Origin: Eubacteriales Family XIII. Incertae Sedis bacterium
Lineage (GTDB): Bacteria > Bacillota > Clostridia > Peptostreptococcales > Anaerovoracaceae
Assembly (NCBI GenBank): GCA_031261525.1
Contig: JAISJM010000100.1
Coordinates: forward strand, 1,376-65,375
DNA length: 64,000 bases
Direction: 5' to 3'
The notes under the pieces are model-generated. The model was not told where the DNA came from, did no database searches, and saw only the letters and a program-made list of their open reading frames with translations. The position numbers and the translations under genes were made by a program. Positions 9,613 to 18,219 of this stretch are shown one piece after another (positions within the stretch are counted from its first letter, which is position 1; the number at the start of each line of letters is the position of its first letter).

Positions 9613-10296
9613 ATGCCAAAACTAGAAGAAACAACAATCGATATCAAAAAACTCCTGCATTCGGAACTCTTCGAAAACCTCACAGAACGCAACGTGCGTA
9701 TCATCTTGGAGCGTTTGCCCTATTGTATTGAGCGCTACGAACGTGAGAAAATGATTGCTGCGCAAGGTAGTAAACTGTATAAAATCGGCATCGTTCTTGA
9801 GGGATCGATTGTAGCATCGAAATTATATGTTGATGGAAGGATTATTCAAAATAGTCACTATGGTCCAAATGATGTTTTCGGCATCATCATCGCTTCTTCA
9901 CGCACGCAGATTTTGCCATATATGTATACTGCCGAGCAGGATAGTGTCATTTTATGGTTTGATTGGAAGACACTGAAAGAGGTTGATTTCTCAAAAATTC
10001 CGATGACAATCCACAACACACTTCTAGATAATATCTTTGCATCTATTGCAAATGACGCCATTCGCACCGATGTCAAAGCGGAAGTGCGTGGTCAACGCAC
10101 CGTAAGGGAGAAAATCCTAAGATTTCTCAACGAGATGGCTGAAAAGAAAGGCTCCAACACCTTTACACTTGATATGACTCAACCCAAATTTGCCGAATAT
10201 CTCTGTGTAACACGCCCAACATTGAATATCGAGCTTGTAAAACTGCGGGAAGACGGCATCATCGATTATCATAAAAAAGTCTATACGATTAAATAA
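9613..10296 (+). CDS. Crp/Fnr family transcriptional regulator
   Basis: An N-terminal cNMP-binding-like beta-roll is followed by a C-terminal HTH (FAEYLCVTRPTLNIELVKLREDGII). Confidence 0.75.
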   Translation: MPKLEETTIDIKKLLHSELFENLTERNVRIILERLPYCIERYEREKMIAAQGSKLYKIGIVLEGSIVASKLYVDGRIIQNSHYGPNDVFGIIIASSRTQILPYMYTAEQDSVILWFDWKTLKEVDFSKIPMTIHNTLLDNIFASIANDAIRTDVKAEVRGQRTVREKILRFLNEMAEKKGSNTFTLDMTQPKFAEYLCVTRPTLNIELVKLREDGIIDYHKKVYTIK

Positions 10297-10399
10297 GCAA
10301 GAAATAAATAAGCAAGAAATATCAGCAATGTACAAATATGTGCAACTTTTTTTACAACAGTCAGGATTCTGACTGTTGTATTTTTGAATTTGTGATATA
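10291..10399 (+). repeat. Intergenic cassette, copy 1: aaataagcaagaaat (x2), a terminator hairpin and TGTGATATA
   Basis: It shares aaataagcaagaaata, aacttt.ttt.caa.acagtcag-N4-ctgactgtt and tgtgatata with 18061-18155. Confidence 0.8.
10354..10386 (+). terminator. Rho-independent terminator after the crp-family gene
   Basis: acaacagtcag-gatt-ctgactgttgt forms an 11-bp stem followed by atttttg. Confidence 0.75.
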
Positions 10400-10439
10400 G
10401 TAACCATATCTACATCCATTCATTTTAAATGAAATTCAG

Positions 10440-13400
10440 ATGAAATTTAGAAGCATGAGGTCGCTGGTTGCTATGAGCAAACTATATAAGAAAATATCAA
10501 TACTATTCATTTTTGTGATGATTGCCAGTTTTATTCCCCGTCCTTTTGGCGGTTCAGATGTCTATGCCAAGGGAAGTCTTGCGGAGGGCGATACTGTCAA
10601 AAATGTACTCATCTATGCGAAAGATAGCGAAGACAATGATGTACTCCTCTCGCAATTGAATGTTGAGGAGATGCTTGGCTATCTGAATCAGCACATCTCG
10701 GAAATCGGAAAAGTTCATAATTATTCCATTTTAGATACCTATCCCACGACGGTACATCAAGAAGCACAGGGCTTCACGTTGCCCCAGCTACTTGATTATG
10801 CTGTATCAAAATCAAGTCTAACTGACATTGCCACAAACAATTTGACTTTTGATGGAGAAAATAATGGGGAAAAGTCCGTCTCGTTTTGGGAGCTTGATGG
10901 CACAGGCTTTGATGCAACGGATGCGTATACGTATGACAAGTTATACGGTGTGCCAAGATACAATTATCCGAAGATGTATGAGGAATGGAATCCAAATGCA
11001 CAATCGGCAAGCCCTGGTTCTAGCTATGTCAATAAAAACATAGTGGAAGATAGTGCTGTTCCAGAAGAAGTCATTCTGTCGATTACGGCATTTTCCCAAA
11101 GATATAGTAATAGTCAACAAGAAGGCAAGTCTGATTACAACATGGAAGGATATTTTGATAGCATGGGCTTGCTCGATACCTCTAAAGCGATGCGTCTCAT
11201 GCTTCCACTAACGGGACAGGAGTTTGCGGCGGAGACGAAGACTGCGATGAACAGCCGATATGGGATATCGTATATCCGGTTTGATTTAGGTGACGATACT
11301 GGATTGACCTCACTTGGCGAAGTGGCAAAACCGACATGGACGGTGATCGATGGCGATGAAGATAGCACAGACGCATATGAAAGCGGCTATAGTTATTTTA
11401 CATTTGCATGTAATACGCCAGGTGCAACGATATTGTACAACGATAGTTCAACAAGCAGTTACATCCCGACTGCGACATATAACGGACAGGCAATTAAGGT
11501 AAAGAAGATCGGTACAAATGCACGTGCGGCAATCAAAGTCCGTGCTGTGAAAGAGGGCTACACAGATAAAGGCGTCATCAATGCGACAAATATACTGGAT
11601 GAGGGGTTCTATGAAGATGTATCTGAAGATGCGGATGTGTGGGATGGCAAGACGATCGATATGGATTGGTATGTTGGACATGAGGACGACGATGTTTATA
11701 CCATCCATACCGCGGCAGAGCTTGCAGGTCTTGCTGCGATTGTCAATAGCACCACGGACGGGGACACGGATTTGAGTAAGAGAGTGACTTTTGCAGGCAA
11801 GACAGTCACACTTGTCTCGGATATTCATCTCAATCGACAGGTTTGGCGTGGTATCGGATCTGACATGGGCAGGCAGGCTGGAAATGTCGCAACCAATGTC
11901 GACTTGGATTTTTATGATACATTCAGTGGACTCTTTGATGGCAGTGGACATACGATTAGCGGTATGAATCTTGGGGATTCTCCTTGGAATATGGGATTAT
12001 ATGGACTCTTTGGTAATCTTGAAGATGCTACCGTGAAGAATCTGACGGTAAGTGGCATCGGTTATCATGAGATGCCAACTGCGATGGGCGGCATCGCTGG
12101 ACGTGCGATAGACAGCACCATTGAAAACTGCAAGGCAAACATGATGTTAGAGGGTGATGGCAATGTGGAAATGGGCGGTATTGTTGGACGCAGTACGGAT
12201 ACGACGATTCGCAATTGTGAAAATGTCGGCTTACTAAAAGGTTATTATGTTGGCGGTATTGTTGGTCGTGGCTACGAAGATAGTTCCATAAGCGATTGTA
12301 TCAATCATGGATTTATGGATGCCAATGAGGATGCAATCATAAATAGGGGTTTTGGTGGCGGAATCATAGGCTATGCCAGCGATCGTACGCTTATCGCGAA
12401 TTGTAAAAATGATTCTATAAATAAAAATGCAAACAAGTCCGTATCTATGGATGTTGGCGGTATCGGCGGCTATGGCGGTATGTATGTCAATTGTGTAAAT
12501 GATGCAGATATTCGATCCTCAAAATCCGTTGCAGGTATTTTAAACAACGCAGTAAGTGGTAAAAAGATACATAGCGTATCGGATTGTGTGAATTATGGCA
12601 ATCTGAACGGCTCTACTGCATATGGCATTGCTGGGTTTGCAACAATCACGCGCACAATTAATGTGGGCAATCTGACAGGTACGTCCGCATATGGTCTCAC
12701 AGGGAATTACAAGTCTGGTGGCGATGACCCCAATGTATCACTGTCGGCAAACTTTGGTGATGTCTATGGACATGCGATTGCCGCAGGTCTGATTGGAACG
12801 CAGAGCGGCATCTTGAGCAATTCCTTCAATCAAGGCGCTGTTCATAGTGATAAGGCAGGATCTGCTGCGGGGCTTGTCTGGACTGGAAGAAATCGTATCT
12901 CGAATTGCTATGACATATCAGAGAATCCCGTGATCCATGCGGTATCTGGTAGTCCTGTATTTGACAATGTATTCTACCTCGATTCAGGCAATGCAGCAGA
13001 TACAGCGGCGGGTGCATATCCAAATGTTACAGCATGTACAGAAAGCGCCATGAAGAATATTTCATTCGTCAATACGGATTTGGGTGCATACAATGCGGAA
13101 CTAGGCGAACTATCTCCTGGCAAGTTCATCACGACAGGTGGTGGCTATCCTGCCCTGTATTGGCTGCAAAAGAGTCTTACGATTTCTGCAAAACCAAGCA
13201 ACACACAGATTCTATTGAAAGATGCCAGCGGCGTTACTAAAACTGCCGTAACAGTCATCTCAAATAGCGGTATCCTTCATACCTATCCGCTCATCTGGGG
13301 TGCGTCATATACGTATCAAGCAACCGCACCTGGATATCATGCTGAGAATAAGTCTTTCCATCTGAAAGATGAGACAAGCCTTGAAATAAGCCTCTTGACG

Positions 13401-14768
13401 AGCATGGTCAACGAAACGATTCCATCTGAAGTCACGTTAAATTGGGCGGACAATCCGCAGACGACGCAGTCCGTAAGTTGGGCTGACAGCAGTGGTGGTT
13501 CTCAAGTTGTTCAATATATCGTAAGTAGTGCTTACAGCAATGCGGATTCACTGAGTAAGGGTACGTCTGTGATTGGAACTGCAAAGAAACTAGGCAGTAC
13601 CGATAAGACCTATTACAATGCGCAAATGACAGGACTAGAGCCAAATACCACCTATTACTATCGCGTAGGCACGCCAAACAATTGGAGTGAAATCTCTCAT
13701 TTTACAACCGCACAGAGTGATAAAAAGGACTTCAAATTTCTCTTCATGGGCGATATCCAGCGAAGTACAGGCACTGCAGAAGTAGAATATCCACAATGGG
13801 GCAAGCTACTCGGCGATGCCTATACTGCCAACCCAGATATCAAATTCGGATTGACGATTGGTGACATGGTTCAGAGTGGATCCGACCTTACGGACTGGAA
13901 GTATTTCCTATCCTATGCGCAGACGGCATTTTCAAAGATTCCATTAATGCCCAATATTGGTAATCACGAAAGCAATTTTGCAAATGGCAAAGCAGACTAT
14001 TATCTGGATATTTTCAACCTGCCTAAAAATGGTCCCGAAGGCTTCGAAGAAGAATTCTATTCTTTCGATTATGGCAATGTACATATCACAGCGTTGAACA
14101 GTTGGGCGTTGTCAGATGAGCAGGGCATCTACGACACAAAAGGTAACGTGAAAGACGAAACAACCCTGAACCGAATCAATCAATGGATTGAAGATGATCT
14201 TGCATCGACCAAAGCAAAGTTTAAGATTATTACGATGCATCACCCCATATATGCGATGGAAAATGATGCCGTATCGGATCGAGCAAAGATGCAATGGGAG
14301 CCGATTTTTATCGCACAGGGCGTAGATCTTGGTCTTGTCGGACATCAGCATGTCTATTCACGGACGTATTCTATTGCAGATGGCAATCAAGATGATGAAA
14401 AGGGGATCACTTATGTCATGGGCAACGCAGGGTTAAAATACTATAATACCGCTGACGATACGTATGTCGCGAAGATTATCTATAATCAGAGTACATACCA
14501 GATTTTAGATGTCTCTGGGGATACACTTTCGCTGAAGACCTATGATAGAGATGGAAAACAGCTAGATACATGGTCCAAAACCAACGAAACGATTGTCGTT
14601 CCAGGCGATGTCGATGACGATGGTGTGACGACGATGGAGGATGTGAATCGAATCAAGATTGCCGTGCTCGCAGGTGGCAGCTATGACAAGTCACTAGATG
14701 CAAATGGCGACAATGTCGTTGATATTCGAGATGCACAGTATGTACTTCGGATTGTAAATGGACGATAA
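10440..14768 (+). CDS. Giant secreted multidomain protein A (1442 aa): SUOX-fold-like N-module, GLUG beta-helix repeats, purple-acid-phosphatase-like metallophosphoesterase, C-terminal dockerin
   Basis: There is a signal/anchor segment (ISILFIFVMIASFI). Repeated GGIVGR/GGIAGR..NC motifs are GLUG-like. All five metallophosphatase motifs are present: FMGDIQ, IGDMVQSG, IGNHES, MHHPIY, GHQHVY. The C-terminus GDVDDDGVTTMEDVNRI...DANGDNVVDIRDAQYVLRI is a two-F-hand dockerin pattern. Confidence 0.85.
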   Translation: MKFRSMRSLVAMSKLYKKISILFIFVMIASFIPRPFGGSDVYAKGSLAEGDTVKNVLIYAKDSEDNDVLLSQLNVEEMLGYLNQHISEIGKVHNYSILDTYPTTVHQEAQGFTLPQLLDYAVSKSSLTDIATNNLTFDGENNGEKSVSFWELDGTGFDATDAYTYDKLYGVPRYNYPKMYEEWNPNAQSASPGSSYVNKNIVEDSAVPEEVILSITAFSQRYSNSQQEGKSDYNMEGYFDSMGLLDTSKAMRLMLPLTGQEFAAETKTAMNSRYGISYIRFDLGDDTGLTSLGEVAKPTWTVIDGDEDSTDAYESGYSYFTFACNTPGATILYNDSSTSSYIPTATYNGQAIKVKKIGTNARAAIKVRAVKEGYTDKGVINATNILDEGFYEDVSEDADVWDGKTIDMDWYVGHEDDDVYTIHTAAELAGLAAIVNSTTDGDTDLSKRVTFAGKTVTLVSDIHLNRQVWRGIGSDMGRQAGNVATNVDLDFYDTFSGLFDGSGHTISGMNLGDSPWNMGLYGLFGNLEDATVKNLTVSGIGYHEMPTAMGGIAGRAIDSTIENCKANMMLEGDGNVEMGGIVGRSTDTTIRNCENVGLLKGYYVGGIVGRGYEDSSISDCINHGFMDANEDAIINRGFGGGIIGYASDRTLIANCKNDSINKNANKSVSMDVGGIGGYGGMYVNCVNDADIRSSKSVAGILNNAVSGKKIHSVSDCVNYGNLNGSTAYGIAGFATITRTINVGNLTGTSAYGLTGNYKSGGDDPNVSLSANFGDVYGHAIAAGLIGTQSGILSNSFNQGAVHSDKAGSAAGLVWTGRNRISNCYDISENPVIHAVSGSPVFDNVFYLDSGNAADTAAGAYPNVTACTESAMKNISFVNTDLGAYNAELGELSPGKFITTGGGYPALYWLQKSLTISAKPSNTQILLKDASGVTKTAVTVISNSGILHTYPLIWGASYTYQATAPGYHAENKSFHLKDETSLEISLLTSMVNETIPSEVTLNWADNPQTTQSVSWADSSGGSQVVQYIVSSAYSNADSLSKGTSVIGTAKKLGSTDKTYYNAQMTGLEPNTTYYYRVGTPNNWSEISHFTTAQSDKKDFKFLFMGDIQRSTGTAEVEYPQWGKLLGDAYTANPDIKFGLTIGDMVQSGSDLTDWKYFLSYAQTAFSKIPLMPNIGNHESNFANGKADYYLDIFNLPKNGPEGFEEEFYSFDYGNVHITALNSWALSDEQGIYDTKGNVKDETTLNRINQWIEDDLASTKAKFKIITMHHPIYAMENDAVSDRAKMQWEPIFIAQGVDLGLVGHQHVYSRTYSIADGNQDDEKGITYVMGNAGLKYYNTADDTYVAKIIYNQSTYQILDVSGDTLSLKTYDRDGKQLDTWSKTNETIVVPGDVDDDGVTTMEDVNRIKIAVLAGGSYDKSLDANGDNVVDIRDAQYVLRIVNGR

Positions 14769-14783
14769 AGGGGAACGCACAAA

Positions 14784-17700
14784 ATGACGAAATACAATAT
14801 CAATGAAAACCATAAATTCCGAATTACAATCGCTATCTTGCTGATTCTCTCTTTGGTTCTGGTTCCTATTACACCATGGCGGCAGCTTGATACATGGGCG
14901 AAGACAGCTGAATCACCACAAGCGAAGAATCTCTTTGTCTATGTGAAAAATGATGAGGATAAAGATATTCTATTAAAGACACTTCCATTAGATGCGCTGA
15001 AGACGATGCAGCATGGCAATGATGCAACACCTGATCCAGATGACAATTACTATTTCTCTGCAATAGACAATCTACCAGCCATCGCATACACGGAGGCAAA
15101 AGGTTTCACAGCACAAGAATTGCTCGAAACTGTAAAAAACACCACGAGCGTAATCAGCCCTGCAGCGATTACGTTTGGTGGCAATGACGCGATTGAACTG
15201 ATGGCAACAGATTCGAATGGAACCTATAATAAATCGTGGACGTACGATGAACTCTACGGTCAGCAGGGCTATTATTATCCTGACATTTTTGATGCTACTA
15301 CAGGCTGGACTTCTGCTTGGACTGTCACTGGAGACGGGTATTCACCAGAGAGTACGCCTGCGATGCCTTTGCCACTCTATATGAGCAGCTACAAAGATGC
15401 GGATCCCACCTATGATAAGAAAGCCGCTGTATCCGAAAGCGCGATAGAAATGGATGCGATTTTTGCTGTCGATTCTGTTACAGACAGAATCGACAATCTA
15501 GCGGAAGAATACGGTAAGACGCGAGCGGAAATCATTGCCAGCGGACTGCCGGGGGAACTTAGCGATGCATATAGACTTACTTTATGCGTGCCTCAGACAC
15601 CGGACGTCCTTTTCTCTGCAAATCACACGATGCATCACTATTTTAAGTGGATTTACAATATCCGCTTGAACATGGCGGACGCGCCTACCATTCCATCCCT
15701 TGGTGAAGTGGAATCGCCGACTGCTGACATTCGTGTAGACCCAGAAAATGAAAATAGACTAATTGTAGACTTTGACGTCGCAACGTCAGGCGCATCCATC
15801 TACTATTCGATTGGAAAAAACAATGCGATTTCTAGTTCTGCAACGGGTGGTGCGATTGAATTTGGTACGGCACCTGTGCATGCGTATACAGGGGAATCCA
15901 TCGCGATTGATTTGAAGTCTGGTGCCGATCTGAAGACGACGCCAATCAAGATTTACATGACAGCGGTCAAAGAAGGCTATACGGATAATGGCATACAGAC
16001 AATAAGCTATCCCAAACAGTCTCCAGATTTGAAGAGAAAGACGAATGAGGCGTATCATGCCATTGGCGAAGATGTTGTGTATGAACTGACTTCACCACCC
16101 GCTGTTACAAATGAAGCATGGATAGACTGGACTTCCAATATCACGGCTGCCTCGATTAAGGTTGGAAGTGACGCTGCTACACCACTTGTAAGTGGCGCTG
16201 GTTTTCGTGTGGACAATACTGCGAGGACATTTGCCATTGACACTTCTTCGTTTACAAAAGTGGGTTCCTATGTTGTAAAGATTGATGCGGATGGATATTC
16301 TCAAAAGACACTGAACTTTACAATGCGCAAAGCTGCGCCGACGATCTCTAGCACGAGCGCATATTATGGTAACCGCATTGACATCAGTGTGCCCGACAAA
16401 GATTATTTAATGACTGGGATACGGTCAATCGATATCAGAAAAGACGGTACTGATACGACATCCAAAGTCACAATCCCTACAAATCGCTATTTAATGACAG
16501 CGGGAGCCGATGGAAAGCCTGGAACGCTTACGATTTCACCTGATTATTATGGCGATATAAATACGGTCATCGATGGTTCTGGTACATATATCATCGGTTT
16601 CAATACGAATGATTATCTTCCAGCAAGACAGGAAATGACTGTCGAAATCAAGGCTGCTGGCGACAATCCAAATGGTTTCTTCGAGTACAGCCTTGCTCCG
16701 AGCAAGGCTTCGGGAACGGTCGGCGATACAATCAAGGTGACCGCCTCGCTGAAATCACAGGGTGGAGATTTTACGTTTTATGGCGGTGAGTACCGAATTG
16801 CGATAGATGCTGGCATGACAGTAAAGAACATTCAGACAGCAAATGGATGGGAAAGTGGCACGACTACATCTGACAAAAAGACAATTTTGACATTTGCAAA
16901 GCTTGAACCTACGAGTGATGGGGAGCTTACGACATCGGTATCTGCCCTTGGAACATTTGATGTGACGCTTGACGCAGTAGGCACAGGAAACCTCACAGCG
17001 ACAAATGCGCTGCTCACCGATGATATCGCACTGAATCGCAACAATGTGTCAGGAAAGAGTCTATCGATTCAGATTGCACCAAAGGCAAATCTGAATCAGA
17101 AGACACCTGCAGCACCGAAATTGACCTATAAATTAAACGCGGACAAAAAGACCTATACCGTCACAATTCCAAAGGTTGCAGGCGCAGAATATAGCTTCGA
17201 TGGAAAGACATTTAGTGCGGCAAGTACTGCCAATGTGAAGAAAAATGTTGCACAAGGGAAAGTGATTACAGGATATATCCGTCTTGCGGCAAAGGCGGGA
17301 TACAACGCAAGTGGCATCGCATCTTCTAAAGTCACGTTGCCCGTTCGCGTGACAAAGATAACCGTGACCTCAAAGAATAATACGGCGGTCATTAAGACAA
17401 AAGGCGGTAAGCTTCAGCTCACAGCAACCGCTAGTCCTGCAAAGGCAACGAACAAATCTGTCACATGGAAAGTGGTTTCCGGCACAGCAGGTACTGTGAA
17501 TTCAAAGGGTGTACTTACAGCCAAATTCAACGGTAAAGTGACCGTCAGAGCCACTGCCAAAGACGGTACAGGTGTCTATGGCCAGAAGATGATTACATTG
17601 TCGAATCAGGCGTATAAAGTGACGTTTAACTCAAATGGGGGCACTGCAATAACGGCGAAAGCTGTCAACAAGAATGCGAAAGTATCAAAGCCGACCAATC

Positions 17701-18056
17701 CGAAGAAGACGGGCTATACTTTTAAGGGCTGGTATACGGATACAAAGCTAAAGAAAGCTTATTCGTTTAGCTCGAAAGTTACGAGCAATAAAACGCTTTA
17801 TGCAAAGTGGGCTGCCAATAAATATGCCGTCACATACGACGCGCATGGTGGCAAGATTGGCAAAGCAAAGACGGTTAAGAAGACGATTGCCTATGCAGCG
17901 AGGTACACATTGCCAGCAACGCCTAAGCGATCTGGATATACATTCAGCGGATGGTATACGACGAATAAAGCAACGGGCGGCACAAAGGTTACAAACAACG
18001 TACAGATGAAGACGGCAAAAGCACACACACTTTACGCTCGCTGGAAGAAGAAATGA
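14784..18056 (+). CDS. Giant secreted multidomain protein B (1090 aa): SUOX-fold-like N-module, Ig-like domains, cohesin-like domain, Big_2 domain, two Listeria-Bacteroides (Flg_new) repeats
   Basis: There is a signal/anchor segment (ITIAILLILSLVLV). The N-module is paralogous to A and D (AYRLTLCVPQT...YFKWIYNIRL). The Big_2 pattern is KLQLTATASPAKATNKSVTWKVVSG. The Flg_new repeats are YKVTFNSNGG...GYTFKGWYTD and YAVTYDAHGG...GYTFSGWYT. The gap from gene A is 15 nt. Confidence 0.85.
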   Translation: MTKYNINENHKFRITIAILLILSLVLVPITPWRQLDTWAKTAESPQAKNLFVYVKNDEDKDILLKTLPLDALKTMQHGNDATPDPDDNYYFSAIDNLPAIAYTEAKGFTAQELLETVKNTTSVISPAAITFGGNDAIELMATDSNGTYNKSWTYDELYGQQGYYYPDIFDATTGWTSAWTVTGDGYSPESTPAMPLPLYMSSYKDADPTYDKKAAVSESAIEMDAIFAVDSVTDRIDNLAEEYGKTRAEIIASGLPGELSDAYRLTLCVPQTPDVLFSANHTMHHYFKWIYNIRLNMADAPTIPSLGEVESPTADIRVDPENENRLIVDFDVATSGASIYYSIGKNNAISSSATGGAIEFGTAPVHAYTGESIAIDLKSGADLKTTPIKIYMTAVKEGYTDNGIQTISYPKQSPDLKRKTNEAYHAIGEDVVYELTSPPAVTNEAWIDWTSNITAASIKVGSDAATPLVSGAGFRVDNTARTFAIDTSSFTKVGSYVVKIDADGYSQKTLNFTMRKAAPTISSTSAYYGNRIDISVPDKDYLMTGIRSIDIRKDGTDTTSKVTIPTNRYLMTAGADGKPGTLTISPDYYGDINTVIDGSGTYIIGFNTNDYLPARQEMTVEIKAAGDNPNGFFEYSLAPSKASGTVGDTIKVTASLKSQGGDFTFYGGEYRIAIDAGMTVKNIQTANGWESGTTTSDKKTILTFAKLEPTSDGELTTSVSALGTFDVTLDAVGTGNLTATNALLTDDIALNRNNVSGKSLSIQIAPKANLNQKTPAAPKLTYKLNADKKTYTVTIPKVAGAEYSFDGKTFSAASTANVKKNVAQGKVITGYIRLAAKAGYNASGIASSKVTLPVRVTKITVTSKNNTAVIKTKGGKLQLTATASPAKATNKSVTWKVVSGTAGTVNSKGVLTAKFNGKVTVRATAKDGTGVYGQKMITLSNQAYKVTFNSNGGTAITAKAVNKNAKVSKPTNPKKTGYTFKGWYTDTKLKKAYSFSSKVTSNKTLYAKWAANKYAVTYDAHGGKIGKAKTVKKTIAYAARYTLPATPKRSGYTFSGWYTTNKATGGTKVTNNVQMKTAKAHTLYARWKKK

Positions 18057-18060
18057 TGTG

Positions 18061-18155
18061 AAATAAGCAAGAAATAGAACCAATATATAGATAACTAAAA
18101 CTTTCTTTCAAAACAGTCAGAAATCTGACTGTTTTGCTTTTCATTCTGTGATATA
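18061..18155 (+). repeat. Intergenic cassette, copy 2 (paralog of 10291-10399)
   Basis: The same blocks occur in the same order upstream of the second GLUG-protein gene. Confidence 0.8.
18110..18142 (+). terminator. Rho-independent terminator after gene B
   Basis: aaaacagtcag-aaat-ctgactgtttt forms an 11-bp stem followed by gcttttc. Confidence 0.75.
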
Positions 18156-18219
18156 CTCATGTTAATTCGCTGAAAGATATTGAGAAGTTAAATAATTTAG
18201 TTGGAGAACGGGGGAAATT

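Noticed and set aside
10440-18056. Cellulosome or polysaccharide-degrading scaffold, suggested by the dockerin
   Set aside because: I recognised no glycoside hydrolase, carbohydrate esterase or CBM signatures. The dockerin cargo is a GLUG/phosphoesterase protein.
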